Shown here: positions 33,484 through 46,260 of the stretch, in pieces
Layout of the letters: every line of letters starts with the position of its first letter
Position numbering within the stretch: the stretch's first letter is position 1
Assembly: GCA_008632985.1 (NCBI GenBank)
Contig: QPGO01000126.1
Span: 186,001-239,979 of the forward strand
Direction of reading: 5' to 3'
Length of the DNA: 53,979 bases
Source: Psammoneis japonica
Taxonomy: Eukaryota
Position numbers and translations under genes: made by a program
The notes under the pieces: model-generated
Seen by the model: the letters and a program-made list of their open reading frames with translations, nothing else
Told to the model about the DNA's origin: nothing
Databases searched by the model: none

Positions 33484-35774
33484 ATGAACTTGTCCGTCGC
33501 TGCTTCTTTTCTATTTGTTGTTGCTACCCTGCACGCTGCGAAAGGTGAGAAGAGTGGCATTGTACGACGAATGCACGTTTCTCAGCGGCATTCACGAGCT
33601 AACAAATGCGCGTTTTCCCAACCCATCAAGCGAACATTACCTGCGAGACTGCTCAAGTTATACAACCGAACTTGGATGGGACGCCCATCCTCACGGCCAG
33701 CACGCAGGGTGGATCAGACCCTGGCTTCCCCTGTAATGCGGGAAACGATAGCCCGGCTATCTATTACCAGTTTGTGGGGAATGGTGCGCGAGTCCGTATC
33801 TCTACATGCTCTGCTGCTACCAACTTCAATACGGAGCTAATTCTCGAAGACGACGACAGAACGTGTGGCGATGCTCTTCCATTCTGTAACCCCCCCTCGA
33901 GCACTCTGGATCTGGGTTGCGACCCCAGTGGGCAAGCCGTGTTTCTTGAGTTTTTCACTATCCCCAACCGTTTGTATCTCCTTGCGGTGCAAAGTCGAGA
34001 CAATGATGCAGTCGGTAACTTTGGTTTGTCTTTTCTGGAGTTTCTCCGTCCAGAAAACGACCAGTGTGAAGGTGCAATTCTCCTGCAGCCACGGGGTGAC
34101 TCGGAGCCGGTGGTCACTGGCGAAACTGTAAACGCCACCCGAGGATCCTTCCCGTGCAACGCAGGTAATGACAGCCCGGCCGTCTTCTACCAATTCCTCG
34201 GCACTGGGGGAGAAGTCCGTCTGTCGACGTGCTCCAACGTTACCAACTTCAATACAGAGCTTGTTGTTGAAGACAATGGCAGAACATGTGGCGCTGGTCT
34301 TACCTTTTGTAATCCGCCCACGAGAACTCTGGATATCGATTGCGATCCCACAGGGCAGGCTGTGGTTGTTGATGTTGCCACCGACGCAAACCGTTTCTAT
34401 CTTGTTGGTGTGCAGAGTCGAGATAGAGACGGGACTGGTACCTTTGGATTGAGTTTGCAAGCACCTGGATTTGGAGTGACGCCCCCACCTGTTACTCCGG
34501 CGCCATCAGCAAGCACGACTCTGACTTCTAGTAGTTCACCAACCACGACCGACGTTGCCGGCCCACCTTCATCAGCACCAACGGCAATGAGTCCTCCCTC
34601 ATCAGCACCAACGGCAATGAGTTCTCCCCTGTCTGGTCTGCCTTCTTCCGCAACCCCAACGATCGCTTCTACGACATCTCAAACTACGGCAGGTCCCGGA
34701 GGCGTTCCACCAAACAACGCATGCGAGACTGCACAAGTTATTCAACCGAACTTGGATGGGACCCCCATCCTCACGGCCAGCACGCAGGGTGGATCAGACC
34801 CTGGCTTCCCCTGTAATGCGGGAAACGATAGCCCGGCTCTCTATTACCAGTTTGTGGGGAATGGTGCGCGAGTTCGTATCTCTACATGCTCCGCTGCTAC
34901 CAACTTTAATACGGAGCTTATTCTTGAAGACGATGACAGAACTTGTGGCGCTACCCTTCCTTTCTGTAATCCCCCCTCGAGCACTCTGGATCTGGATTGC
35001 GACCCCAGTGGACAAGCCGTGTTTGTCGAGTTTTTCACTGTCCCCAACCGTTTGTATCTCCTTGCGGTGCAGAGTAGAGACGATGGTGCAGTCGGTAACT
35101 TTGGTTTGTCTTTTCAGGAGTTTCTCCGTCCAGAAAACGACAAGTGTGAAGGTGCAATTCTCCTTCAGCCGCGGAATGACATGGAGCCGGTAGTCACTGG
35201 TGAAACTGTAAACGCCACCCGAGGAAGTTTCCCTTGTAATGCAGGTAACGACAGCCCAGCTATCTTTTACCAATTCCTCGGCACTGGGGAAGAAGTCCGT
35301 CTATCGACGTGCTCCAACGTTACCAACTTCAACACCGAGCTTGTTGTTGAAGACGATGGCAGAACATGTGGCTCTGGTCTTACTTTTTGCAATCCACCCA
35401 CGCGAAATCTAGATATCGATTGCGACCCCACAGGCCAGGCTGTGTTTGTTGACGTTGCCACCGAGGCGAACCGTTTCTATCTAGTTGCTGTGCAGAGTCG
35501 AGACAGCGATGGGACTGGCACCTTTGGATTGAGTTTGCAAGCGGGAGTCACTACTTCGACATCTCCTCCAACGACCGACACGCCAACGACGACGCCACCT
35601 ACGCGACTCTCCACTCCCGTTCCGTCACTGTCTCCATCCGATGCACCATCCGCCATTCCTTCAGGATTCCCGTCCTTTTCCCCGAGCTCATCTTTGGCCG
35701 CTGAAACGAGAGTGGTTGGATTGTTTTGGACTGTGCTTTTGAGCAGTGTTGCTGCAGTCCTTGCCATCGGGTAA
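33484..35774 (+). CDS. Secreted, probably GPI- or TM-anchored surface protein with four Cys-containing domains of about 140 aa, join(33484..33544,33631..35774)
   Basis: Signal-peptide exon, then GT-AG intron 33545-33630 with a GCTAAC branch site. The architecture is A-B / Pro-Ser-Thr linker / A'-B', each domain carrying FPCNAGNDSPA..STCS..TNFNTEL..VQSRD..FGLS. The C-terminus is hydrophobic. Confidence 0.88.
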
Positions 35775-36239
35775 ATATCTTGTCCTTTTCATATATTGAG
35801 AAGACGTATTTCGAGTTTGTTTTCAATTTCATACACGAAAGATCCAGATCACATTGCGCGCAGTAGCGAAAGAATCAATCTGCGCAGATAGGTGAGGATC
35901 TATTACATACGCAATACCGGTGTCTTTGTCTTTGGGGTTCGCAATAATGAAGACGCCGCAAATATTATTTGCCTTCAGCACGACGAACACCGCGAGCTAA
36001 AATGTATGTGTACGTAACGCCCAGTGTTATTATGGAAGTTCATAGTAGTCAATTGCGTTCCTCGCTAGAGCTTAAATTGAAGCATAGAGTGTACAGTGTA
36101 GAGTAAAGCTAGCGAGTCCATACAAAACTTTAGATAGCATAAACCTTCTGCGCCTACTAGAAACAAGCAGTTCTACCTTTAGGAAATACGCAACATCTCA
36201 ATGAAGAAATGCTTCATCGAACATCCTCAGATCCCAAAC

Positions 36240-37363
36240 TCACGCCGCTTTCGCATCGGCTTCTTCCTTGTAGAGACACTCTTCCAACGACTTGGTGAGC
36301 CACTTGCGGTCGAGTCCCTTTCCAATAAATACAAATTTATTGATTCGCTCTTCACCATCCTTCCATGGTTCCTTGGCGGGACCAAAATTGATTTGTTCGT
36401 GCACCCCCTGAAAAACAAACTTGGTATTGCCTTGTCCGTGAAAGGACAGCACGCCCTTGGTTCTATAGAGATCGGCGGCACGTTCTCGTAACAAATCCAT
36501 CATGAAAATGTTAAACCACTGAGCGTGCAAATCGCCCTTGAATTGAACGCCGACACTCGACACGAGTTCCAAATTGTGTTCCTGCTTTTCCGCTTCCTGG
36601 TCCTCAAAAAAGTTGGGATCCGCACTCAGAATGGATTCCATATTGAACGAGTTTAATCCCAAAATCTTCTCGAGTGGAGCACGACTACGTTCTGTTTCGA
36701 GAATGGTGGCAAATTTGTTGATTCCCTCGAGACGCTTTGTGAGAGCTTGTTTTTCTTCCGCCGTGACCAAGTCAATTTTGTTGAGCAAAATCTTATCCGC
36801 AAACGCCACTTGCTGCAGGGCTTCATTGACACTACCCTCTGGTTTCTTTTCATCCAAATGTTGATTCAAATGCTTGGCATCGGCCAAACATACAATCGAA
36901 TCGATGCGATACGAATCCGACATTTTGGGATTGGTCTGTACCGTGTACACAATAGGAGCCGGATCGGCCAATCCAGTCGTTTCCAACAAAATGGCATCAA
37001 AGTCCTTGCAGCGTTTCGCCAATTGACCCAATGTACGAATCAAATCACCACGTACCGAACAACACACGCAACCATTGTCCATGGTAATGAGATCTTCGGG
37101 GGCATCCATGGATTCAGCGACTATATAGAAAAAAAGAATGCAAAACGTCCTGAGTTCAAATTTCTCTCAGAAATTGAATCACGTACAATGCAGTACAATT
37201 TCTACGTACCCAAACCATCGTCAATGGAAACTTCTCCAAATTCGTTTTCTAACACGGCAATTTTCCATTGCGTTTGTTCTTTCAAAATATAATTGACAAG
37301 TGTCGTTTTACCAGCACCGAGAAATCCCGTCACAACGGTAATGGGTGTCAAGTCGTCGGCCAT
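36240..37363 (-). CDS. cobW: COG0523/CobW-family (ZNG1-like) metal-chaperone GTPase, join(36240..37120,37210..37363), 344 aa
   Basis: Contains [43 protein letters not shown] and a CobW_C region (YRTKG..FQGVH..FVFIG). The GT-AG intron 37121-37209 keeps the frame. Confidence 0.93.
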
Positions 37364-37559
37364 GGTTGTATTGTGCTTCGGATCGGCTCTTTTTTTGTTT
37401 CTTGTGTGTGAGAATGCGCGTGAGTGAATGGCTGCTACGTAACCTGCAGTACTGAATGTACGTAGAATGCTTTTTCGCGCGATTGAATGAGCGCATCTGT
37501 TTGCGATCGATCGAGAGCTGCTCTGCACCGCCCGGCACCGCATTAATGGGCCTTTGGCG

Positions 37560-38650
37560 TGTGGCTGTGAAATCTGTTGACAAAATCAGAAAAAGGGAGA
37601 AGACCAGGCAAGCGCCAGTTGCAGGTGCAGCATGCCTCCTTTCGGGGGTCTGGAACAGGTTTGTTGTGACACTTCTTGTCTCAACCTGAGTTGTGGCAGC
37701 TTGAAGCAAAAAGTGGGCAAGGGAGCAGGGTGAAAAGGTTCTGGGCAGCCATGCTTGATGGAAAAAGGTGATGGAAGAAACAGCACGGGAAGGTGACAGG
37801 GCATGTGGCTGTGATGCAGCAGATGTTGAGTGTTGGCACTCTTGTGGTTGACTGTGGAAATCTGTTGACAAAATCAGAAAGAAAAACAAAAGTCAAAAGG
37901 CACGTGCCAGCTGCAGCATGCCTCCTGGAAGTCTGGAACATTCTTTCAATTTGGCACAACCTTTGTTGCAAGATTTCGAGAAGGAAGTTTGAGTGCCACA
38001 CAAGTTGCGTCACATGAAAAGGTGAGGTCAAATCACAAAGACTCTTGCACTGAAAGCAATGAGAAATGAAGAGCAAAGAGAGGGGCCACACTGGGGCAGG
38101 AAAGAGAAGTCCTGCTCAGTCCGTGCAGGATCCCATGGCCACAGAAGAAGAAAAGGTGGTGGCAGGTGGCCATGATTGATGAAAAAAGGTGATGGAAGTG
38201 ACAGTGTGGGAAGGTGACAGGCATGTGGCTGTGATGCAGCAGATGTCGAGTGTTGGCGCTCTGGTTGACCATGGAAATCTGTTCAACAAAATCAGAAAGA
38301 AAGACAACAGGCAGACAAGAAGTGCCAGCTGCAGTGTGCCTCCTGGTGGAAGTCTGGAACATTCTTGCAATTTGGCTCAACCTCAATTGTGGCAGCTTGA
38401 AGTCAAAGGGGAGGGGGAACAAGGGATCAGAGGGGGACAAACAATGGCACGCTGCACAGAAGACACAAAGAGTTGCATTTTTCTTGCATCAATTGCAAGT
38501 TTTGTGAAAGAAAGTTTGAGTGACGCACAAGTTGTTGTGTCTCATGTCAAAAGGTGAAGTCAAGTCACAACAAAGATTTTTGCTGTGCTGAAAGCTGAAA
38601 GCAATGTGAAATGAAGAGGAAAGGGGGAGTTCACTGGGGCAGAAGAAAAA
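37560..38650. repeat. Diverged tandem repeat, unit about 420 bp (about 37755-38110 vs about 38175-38640, plus a partial copy near 37565)
   Basis: Recurrent aaaaaggtgatggaag..ggaaggtgacag..gcatgtggctgtgatgcagcagatgt..ggaaatctgtt..caaaatcagaaa. Confidence 0.75.
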
Positions 38651-39770
38651 TCCTGGCTTGGTTCCCTTGTTGCTGGGATTTTCCTGTGGGCTCAATTTTG
38701 ACACATGATCAAAGCAGTTGAGAAAAGCAAACTGCAGCTGGGCTGCAGTCCTTCACCCAATTTGTGCCACCCAGACACACCCGCTTGTGCTTTTAGAAGA
38801 ACTGTGCAGCCACAACCCAACAGAGCTGGACAGCAACTCACAGAGGCAGTTCTCTTGCTTGTCATGCAGCTGCTTCCGAGACTTTTTGCATGTGAAGAAA
38901 AACAAGAGCAGAGCTCATTTCCAGCCCCTGCTGGTGGGGCTGGGATTCAGAGTGAAGGAGTCATGCTGTGCAACAGCATGAGCAAAGTTGCTGGAAATGA
39001 TTGAGACTGGGGTTGTGTGCATGGTGTGAAAAAAGGGGAACAGGAGCATTGAATCAAAAGAAGACAAAAAAGGTGCTGCAAAAGCAAGGGCACCCTGCAC
39101 TGAAAGGTTGCAAAAAAAGCAGCAGGTCCACTTGCTTGCCAGGATGTGCCACCAGCTGCATCGCTGTGAATTTTTTTTGTCATTGCTGTTTTTCTGTCTT
39201 GCACTCATTGTCCAAGTTTCTGAAAATTTGAACAAGGTGCTGAAGCAATGATGCACACAAAAAAAGGCTTTCGAGGCATGCAAATTTTGTCCAAACCGCT
39301 TCAAACTTGACCAACCACATTGCACACACAGGACGACCTTCTTTAGACTGCCTCAAGTGTCTCTGACAAACACCAGCTTCAAAAATTTCCTGGGGGCTCC
39401 ATCACATTTTTTCACTCAGATGGCACACACTTTTTGGAAATCCTGGCAGCCAAAAAAGGACTTGCCATGAGTTTGAGCTGACCAACAAAACCATCACAAG
39501 TGAAAATGAACCACCAATGGCAATCCACCTGACAAGCCAGTGCTTCTGCCACCGGTTGTGTTGCCCCTGAAAAACACATTGGACAAACAAAGCACATCGT
39601 AAAGTTGCTCAATGTTGGAAGAACAGTGATGCATCACAAGTGAGCATCGCACGGCGTTCAAACCATGGTCATCAAGCAAGGTTTCTTGATTGAAGTTGGA
39701 ATTCTCAACAGCCTTGTGTGCTTCCTCTGCACTGTGGGAAACCCTCCCCTGATCATAAAGTGTGGGGTCA

Positions 39771-41276
39771 TCATTGGGGATGGTCGACAGGTCGGGAGCA
39801 CCAGGAAAAATGCTGTTTGACATCACAATGGTCCTGACAGTGAAGGAAAGAGATGGGACAGTGGAAGGTGGCAAGACTCCATGGCCCTCTTTCACAACCA
39901 CCCCGCTTCTGTTGACAGCCTTGTTTGGATGATGGAAGGAATGACAGCATCGTACATCCAAAATTGATGACGGCCAAGCCAAAAATCCAAAGAATCATCA
40001 ACCTGACAACCAACAGAGCTCTGGCTGCGTCCACAGGTGTCATGCGCATCATGCGACGGCACCACAGAGGCAGCAAACAGCTCATGGGTGACCTTGGTGA
40101 CATGGCATGATCCATCCAATGGATTGAAACAACCGCCATTGCACGAAACAACAGGATTGCCAGACACAAAAAACTTGTGGTCTTGAGCAGGCAGGCATGG
40201 ACTTTGGCAGGAAGTGCCACCAACTCGGCAGGAAATTTGAGGGATCCAGAATCAACAACTGCAGGTGGCTCACCCGCAGACACCACAACAGACTCAACAG
40301 ACTTGACATTCAAAGAATTAGCATCCGCAGGGTCCATCCGAGCGTCCATGGTGAGTGCATCTGCAACATGAGATGCAACAGCAGCATCAGTGTCACATGC
40401 AGCAGATCTGGCAACTGGGCCCAACTTGGACACCATGAGCTTGTGAGGATGCAAAAGACAGGTCAGAGATGCAGCAGAAATCACAGCAACTTTCTCCATT
40501 CTGTCACGGTCACCGGAGGCATCCTGATCACAATGAGCCAGTGCACCCTCAGGAAGTCCTTTTGGATTGAAAATGTGCACAGCACTGGTGGTTGTTGAAG
40601 AAGAAACCGCAGCAGTGGCAGTCATGGTAGAAGGTGCAGGAGGTGGTGCAGAAGCTGCAGAGGTCTTCAATGCATTGCTCCCAGCTTGCTCAAACTGTTT
40701 TGGACCAGGCAAATGAGCAGCTGAGGCCTTGGCAAAATCTTCAGGAGTTGGACCTGCAGTGGCTGCCGGTTGAGATGCAGAACTTGGAGGAGATGGTGAT
40801 GTTGGGTGCAGGACATCAGAGATGTCATCCCAACACAGACAATTCTCAAAACCAGGATGAAAGAAGAGACTGACAGTCCCAACATGTGTCATCATGGCAT
40901 CTTGATCGTCTGAGATTGCTTTGATCATGGCCTGCTGAAGATTGGTGTGGTTCAGATGGATTGGAGCATCTTGAGGGGCAGCCACAAAGAGAGGAGCTTT
41001 GTCGATGAGTGGTCCAATCTGTTTGAGGTCCTCAGTCAAGGTGGCCGGAGGGATGATTGGATCATGAACAATCTCATGACGGATGGTTGCGATTGCGTCG
41101 GGCTTGAGGCCTGGAGGAGTGAACCCATCCAGAAGATCTTCAGGACCAGGTGTCGCGTCAGAATGAAGTTCATTCAGGTAAGAATGGGCACCAGGTGAGC
41201 GATTTTGCGGTCTGAATTCAACCTGCATTGACTTGATCTTGGTCAAATCGACGGAAGTTTGCTCAGTCGGCGCCAT
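39771..41276 (-). pseudogene. Decayed repeat-borne ORF, possibly gag-like, 501 codons
   Basis: ATG start and a protein-like N-terminal half with a Pro/Ala/Ser linker, only one Tyr. It lies inside a TpA-depleted block and has no diagnostic motif. Confidence 0.35.
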
Positions 41277-42433
41277 GGTTGCGCGGGAAAAAAATCAAAA
41301 TCCCACACAGAGCACTGGCATGTGGTCTGTGGTGGTTGTGATGATCACAAGTCGAGTGAGAAAAATGGCTGTGACAAAGATGACAATTTCAATGGAGAAA
41401 CGTCGCCAACTCACACAGTGAACGTTGCAACGCAGTTCTTGCATTGAGAAAGATGAGCAGCGCACTGCTGCTCACAACCTCACGGACTGTCGGTGTTGGG
41501 ACGATCTAGCTGACATCTAGGACAGATGAAAATTGTGCACTAAAAGAGAAAGAAAGTGAGCAAAGGAGAGATTGTCGGATCTCTCTGTGCTGTCCATGCC
41601 AGTCTGTCCGACACAAGGGAGTGCACTCCCCATCTCGGATGTCTTTTTGCACACATGTCACCAGTCTGACTCAATGTTTTCAATGGGCACACCAACGGAT
41701 GAAGAGTGGGGTGAAGGTTAAGGCCTCCACATGGGCATGCTTTGGCATTGCTTGTGACATGAAAAATGTCCCAACATCACACAAGAGAGAGTGGGCTGGG
41801 CGAGGCAAGAAGCGCAGCACACTTCAGAAGCTGTGACACAAAACACATTGAACATCTTCAGTGAGCAGGTGCATGGGTGGAAACAAGAAAATCCAGAAAG
41901 AACTCACCATGGCAACATTGTCAATGATTTGGATGTCACCCGGTGGGGCCCTGCTTTTGCAGCAATCGCATCACCAGTCAAGGCACGTGCAGCCGTTTGT
42001 GCGGTGCGCATGCTGGCAACCAAAGTCCCCCAGAAAACCAAACCAATGCATCAACATCTTCATGACAATAGTTGAAAAAAAACACCACATGAAAAATGCA
42101 TCGACTTCATGACATGTGCCATGGCATGACACATCATACTGTCACACAACATCCCGTTTTTAAAATGCCAGAGCGGGAATGTTTGTTGTCAGTCGAGTTA
42201 TTCGATTCCCGTACTTCAGTCACGGACATCGAAAGATTTCGCTCTCACAACTTCCCCCCGAACGACCGGAAGATCGCGCAGAATACCGTAGAAGGAGGCC
42301 GCTGATAGATACGGTATCCATCCAGGTAGCAACGCACGCAGGATATCTCGAAGTTCCCGATCTTTTTTTGTTCTGCGATCAACACCGTCACTCTTCGCAC
42401 AGTCAAAGAACATCAAAACAAGCACATCAGAGG

Positions 42434-42715
42434 ATGGCTGAAGCAATCAAGAAAGCTGCGGGCGCCACCGGCAAGGCTACAGCAGAGTTTGCGGCCGAGT
42501 TAATTAACGATTCCACCATCGGCAGTCCCCTTCCATACTACGCCCAACCGAACCAGAAGAAGCACGACGAGGACACAGAAAAACTCGCAGAGAACATTGC
42601 CCATGCTCCCGGCAAAGCCGTTCAAGGTGTCAAAGGGCTCGGGAAGCACAAGGCAGAGGATGATGCTGCGGACGAGGGCGAGGAGGATGCGCCTGCGGAG
42701 GAGAAGGAAGAATGA
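42434..42715 (+). CDS. 93-aa hydrophilic Ala/Glu/Lys-rich protein of unknown function
   Basis: ATG at 42434, GC3-rich coding-like codons and an acidic tail, in TpA-normal context. Confidence 0.65.
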   Translation: MAEAIKKAAGATGKATAEFAAELINDSTIGSPLPYYAQPNQKKHDEDTEKLAENIAHAPGKAVQGVKGLGKHKAEDDAADEGEEDAPAEEKEE

Positions 42716-43569
42716 ATCTGATGCTGTACTAGGAGTGTGGTTTGTACTGATTCTTGTGATCGCTGCATGGCCGCAGGCTTGCTCCGGGCGATGATATTGT
42801 GCCCTGTCCGCTGTGCAGAGCCTGTGTTACATGATATGTTTTAAAAAGCAATAGAAAAACAGTGTAAGAATAATGAGTTTAGTTACGATCGACATTCTTC
42901 TCGCTTCTTGTAGCGACAGTAGGTCTTGGTTCTTGGCGAAAAGAATATATAGCAAGGGGGGGAATCTCGTTTAGGTTGTTGTTTTCACGGTCGCTGTCAA
43001 CAAGTTTTATAGACAAATGCGACTTTTATATCGGGGTTACATCAACCTCTACGAACGCCGATGTCATACCTCAAGCTTCATCGAGCCAGACAAGACCAAA
43101 ATCGTAACAAGTTTGTAGGGAGTTACGGATTTCTGTCTTGGTTCCTCCTTGACAACCTTGTTGACGTGAATCTTTTCTTGAGGACCACGAGGAAAGGACA
43201 ACAAATGATGCTAAACACAATACGAATGACAGAAGAACAATATGAAATGGATATGTTAAATGTTGTTTACATTGAACTCGCCACATTGACACCAGTCCCA
43301 GGTGCACCGACTCCAACGACGATATGGAAAAGCCAAAATCCATCACCAACAGCTTGGCCGCCAATCTCGCTCCTATTCGTATACACATTGACCAAATTAG
43401 TTCCGGCACAGGCATTACCAACGACTCTAACGGCGAGAATCGTGCAGTCATCATTCAAAGACTTTTCCAATTAACTCACATCTAATGAGTCGGAATTGTT
43501 TAGATTACCGTAACTCTACTAGAAGGGCCCTCTAGCCCTCTAGCTATAGCGAGAGGGTGCTGGTAGGAT

Positions 43570-45350
43570 TGATGTTGTGGATGAAAAACACATGGACCAA
43601 CAGCTCAAACATTTTGTTGTTTGTGTGAAAACAAAAAGTGGCCGGGTGGGTGCTCCAAGCACAAACAAGCCCGCGCATTTGCAAAATAAAAATGGCCCCT
43701 TTTCCTGTTGGCAATCGCATTGCACACTTGCCACCTGCTAACAACTTTTCTGCAGCACACAAAGTCGCGCCTTGGGGGGGGGGGGCTGGAGCACAGCATT
43801 GACACATGGAAAATTTAAAATGGTGGTCAGCCATAAAAAAAGCTGTGCCACTCTGCTGAGGCAGTTTTTGTTGCCACAACAGTTGACAGAGTGATTGAGC
43901 TGGAGGTGGCGATGCTGTTGTCAGTTGTTGGCACGGACAACTGAACAATGCCCAACACATGCAGGAGAGTCACAACATGGTTGAGAGTGCAACTTTGACA
44001 GCCAAAATGAAGTTGTTGCCAAAAAACAGAGTTGAGGCAATGCACAACCCAAACAAGAACCAAAATTTGCAGATGTGCTCTGGCCCCAGGCGGGGCTCCA
44101 TGTGACGTGACCCAACACAAAACTCTGCATGCAAGCTCTTCAGTTTGTGCGCTGGCTGGCCAATGCACCAGCTGTTGTTTTTAACACCCAAGCAAGTGAG
44201 GCACATCAATTTGGTGCCTCTCAGCACACAGAGCTTTTGAAAATCCACCTGCACCAGCAGACTCTTCAGATGCCAAAAGAACAAGCAGTGCCAGCCACGC
44301 CAGAGCTGCGAACCACACATTTAAAAATTGTTTTCTGGGGCAGAGCTGCCAAACACTTTGGTGGAAACAGACATGCTTCAATGACCAAACCTCCCCTTCA
44401 AACCCAATCCTTTGATCAAACCCTTTTTCCTTTTTTCTTGCCCCAGTTTTTGCATCTGAAAGACACTTGGTTTGACCGCCTTGCTTTGCATGAAAAACTG
44501 AAAAAAACATTTTGTGTGTGGGGCTGTCACGCAAATTCCACACAGTGAAAAACTTGCCAAGTGCACACAAATTCTCTGAGAGTGCATTTGGGAAAGCAAG
44601 TGGTCAAACCACCAAATTCCTCAGATGTGAGAATGGAAAATGGGTGCACAAGCAAAGAAGACGGCTTGGTCAGAAGAGTGGGCTTCAAGAGGAGATGTGG
44701 TTGTGCAAGTGCATCCACACACCAAGTTGTTTGACTGCTCTGCCCCAGAATTTCTTTTTGGCATGCTGTGATGTGGCGGGGCTGCATGTGGCTCTGCGGA
44801 GCCCAAGAGCACTGCCCGTTGCTTCATGTGGGGGGCACACAAAACATCAAAAAGTTGCTCAACAGGGCACTGCAAACATGCCATGGGGTCTTGACAACAG
44901 CAGCTGCAAATGGACAAATTCAATGGATCTTTGGATGACCCAACTCAACCAGCATGCTCTGTCTTCCATGTGTGTTTGTGTGGGCACCGAGCAAGAAGAA
45001 ATTTGGCACTCCGACGGTGCACACAACAAGAAGATTTGACAAGAGCACACCTTGTGCATGGTGATGTGACACAGGCACAAAGTTGTGGAGAGGCTTTGCC
45101 ATGTGCTCTGCAGGCCAAGCCCTGAGTTGACAATCAAAAAGTGAGCCCAAACAACCCGAAATGATGGCGGGCACTCTCCTGTCTCAGCCAGCACCAGTGG
45201 GGAAGAAGTCCCAAGCTTGAAAGAGAGCTGTCACACATTGTTTGCCAATGGGTGAAGGAAGAAGCAGCAAAAAAGAGTTGCAACATGACAGGATGACGGG
45301 TGATGCTGGGGTGGCACAAAGCATTTTGCTGGTGGCAGAGGAAGTGATCA
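43570..45350. repeat. TpA-depleted repeat block 6, including a decayed end of the GACGCG-TIR MITE near 44080-44140
   Basis: Few TpA. The stretch gccccaggcggggctccatgtgacgtgaccc..aactctgcatgcaagctc resembles the MITE end at 24845-24900. Confidence 0.7.
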
Positions 45351-45635
45351 ATCTACGAGGATTGATTGATTGCATGCGCGCGTCATGTCATCCGTCTGTC
45401 GAAGAGGTTTGTCTGTCACACACTCGTCTACGTCTGATGTCCGATTTCAAAAAAGAACAAGTCCCAACAGGTGGTGACGTCGTGAGTCGTGAATTGATTC
45501 GTGACTTCGTGCGTGAATCATCATCAGCACTTACTCGTGAATGCACTGGCGGGTACCGGGGACTCGCCTCACATACAGGCTCACAATTCTTCAAAACAAC
45601 GAACCGTTGTTCTCCACCCGAACGAAACAAACGAC

Positions 45636-46223
45636 ATGTCCCAAGATGAATCATCATCGGCCCAGCTGCCGCCAACAGCAACAACACCCGTCCCTTATTA
45701 TCTTCGACCCAACAAGGAACAAATCGAAATGAATGAACGAATGCGCGAAATGTTGCCCGAACTCGATTCGCCGTGGGCCGTAACCCCAATGGTCCGAGGC
45801 CGTTGGCTCAAGCCCGACGAACAAACCGACGAGGGTGAACCGTGCTTTATCGCCACACGCAGCAAGACGGCTGGAGAAGTCTTTCCTCAAAAACCCAATT
45901 ACATTTGGATGATGGGTAACAAGGACATGCCCCCCGGGTACTACCATTTGGCCACCAAAGAAGTGTACACCAAGATATACTATTTGATTAGTCTACAACA
46001 GCCTCGTTACTCTTGGAGGCGTCGCCAAAGCTATGCAAAGGAGAAGGAGACGTACGACAAGATCAAGAACCTCATTCACAACCGTTTGATCAGCGAAGTG
46101 CCGAACGACGTGCACGCCCAGATGCTCAAGGTGGTCCGTCTGCAACAGAAAGCCGGGCTAGCTTCGGCGTCCAGAAAGGCAGCCCGTTTGCCCGTCCTGA
46201 CATCGTCTGCCTTGATACCTTGA
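45636..46223 (+). CDS. 195-aa hypothetical protein (GEPCF..KPNY..GYYHL.T motifs)
   Basis: Clean ORF from ATG 45636 with normal Tyr content and coding-like codon use. Confidence 0.75.
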   Translation: MSQDESSSAQLPPTATTPVPYYLRPNKEQIEMNERMREMLPELDSPWAVTPMVRGRWLKPDEQTDEGEPCFIATRSKTAGEVFPQKPNYIWMMGNKDMPPGYYHLATKEVYTKIYYLISLQQPRYSWRRRQSYAKEKETYDKIKNLIHNRLISEVPNDVHAQMLKVVRLQQKAGLASASRKAARLPVLTSSALIP

Positions 46224-46230
46224 CAGGGAT

Positions 46231-46260
46231 GTAGTAATGTAGTAGTAGTAGTAGTAGTAA
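46231..46260. repeat. (GTA)n microsatellite
   Basis: gtagtaatgtagtagtagtagtagtagta. Confidence 0.8.

Larger units (their letters stand above)
37560..42170. repeat. TpA-depleted repeat block 5
   Basis: TpA is nearly absent from just upstream of the CobW gene to just upstream of the gene at 42434. Confidence 0.8.

Noticed and set aside
43061..43474. Overlapping ORFs on both strands as a gene
   Set aside because: There is no recognisable motif or consistent frame, so it is at most a gene fragment.
3392..45375. The many 60-200 aa Cys/His-rich ORFs in repeat blocks as real metal-binding proteins
   Set aside because: They overlap in all six frames, lack Tyr and are explained by loss of TAA/TAG and gain of TGY/CAY codons.
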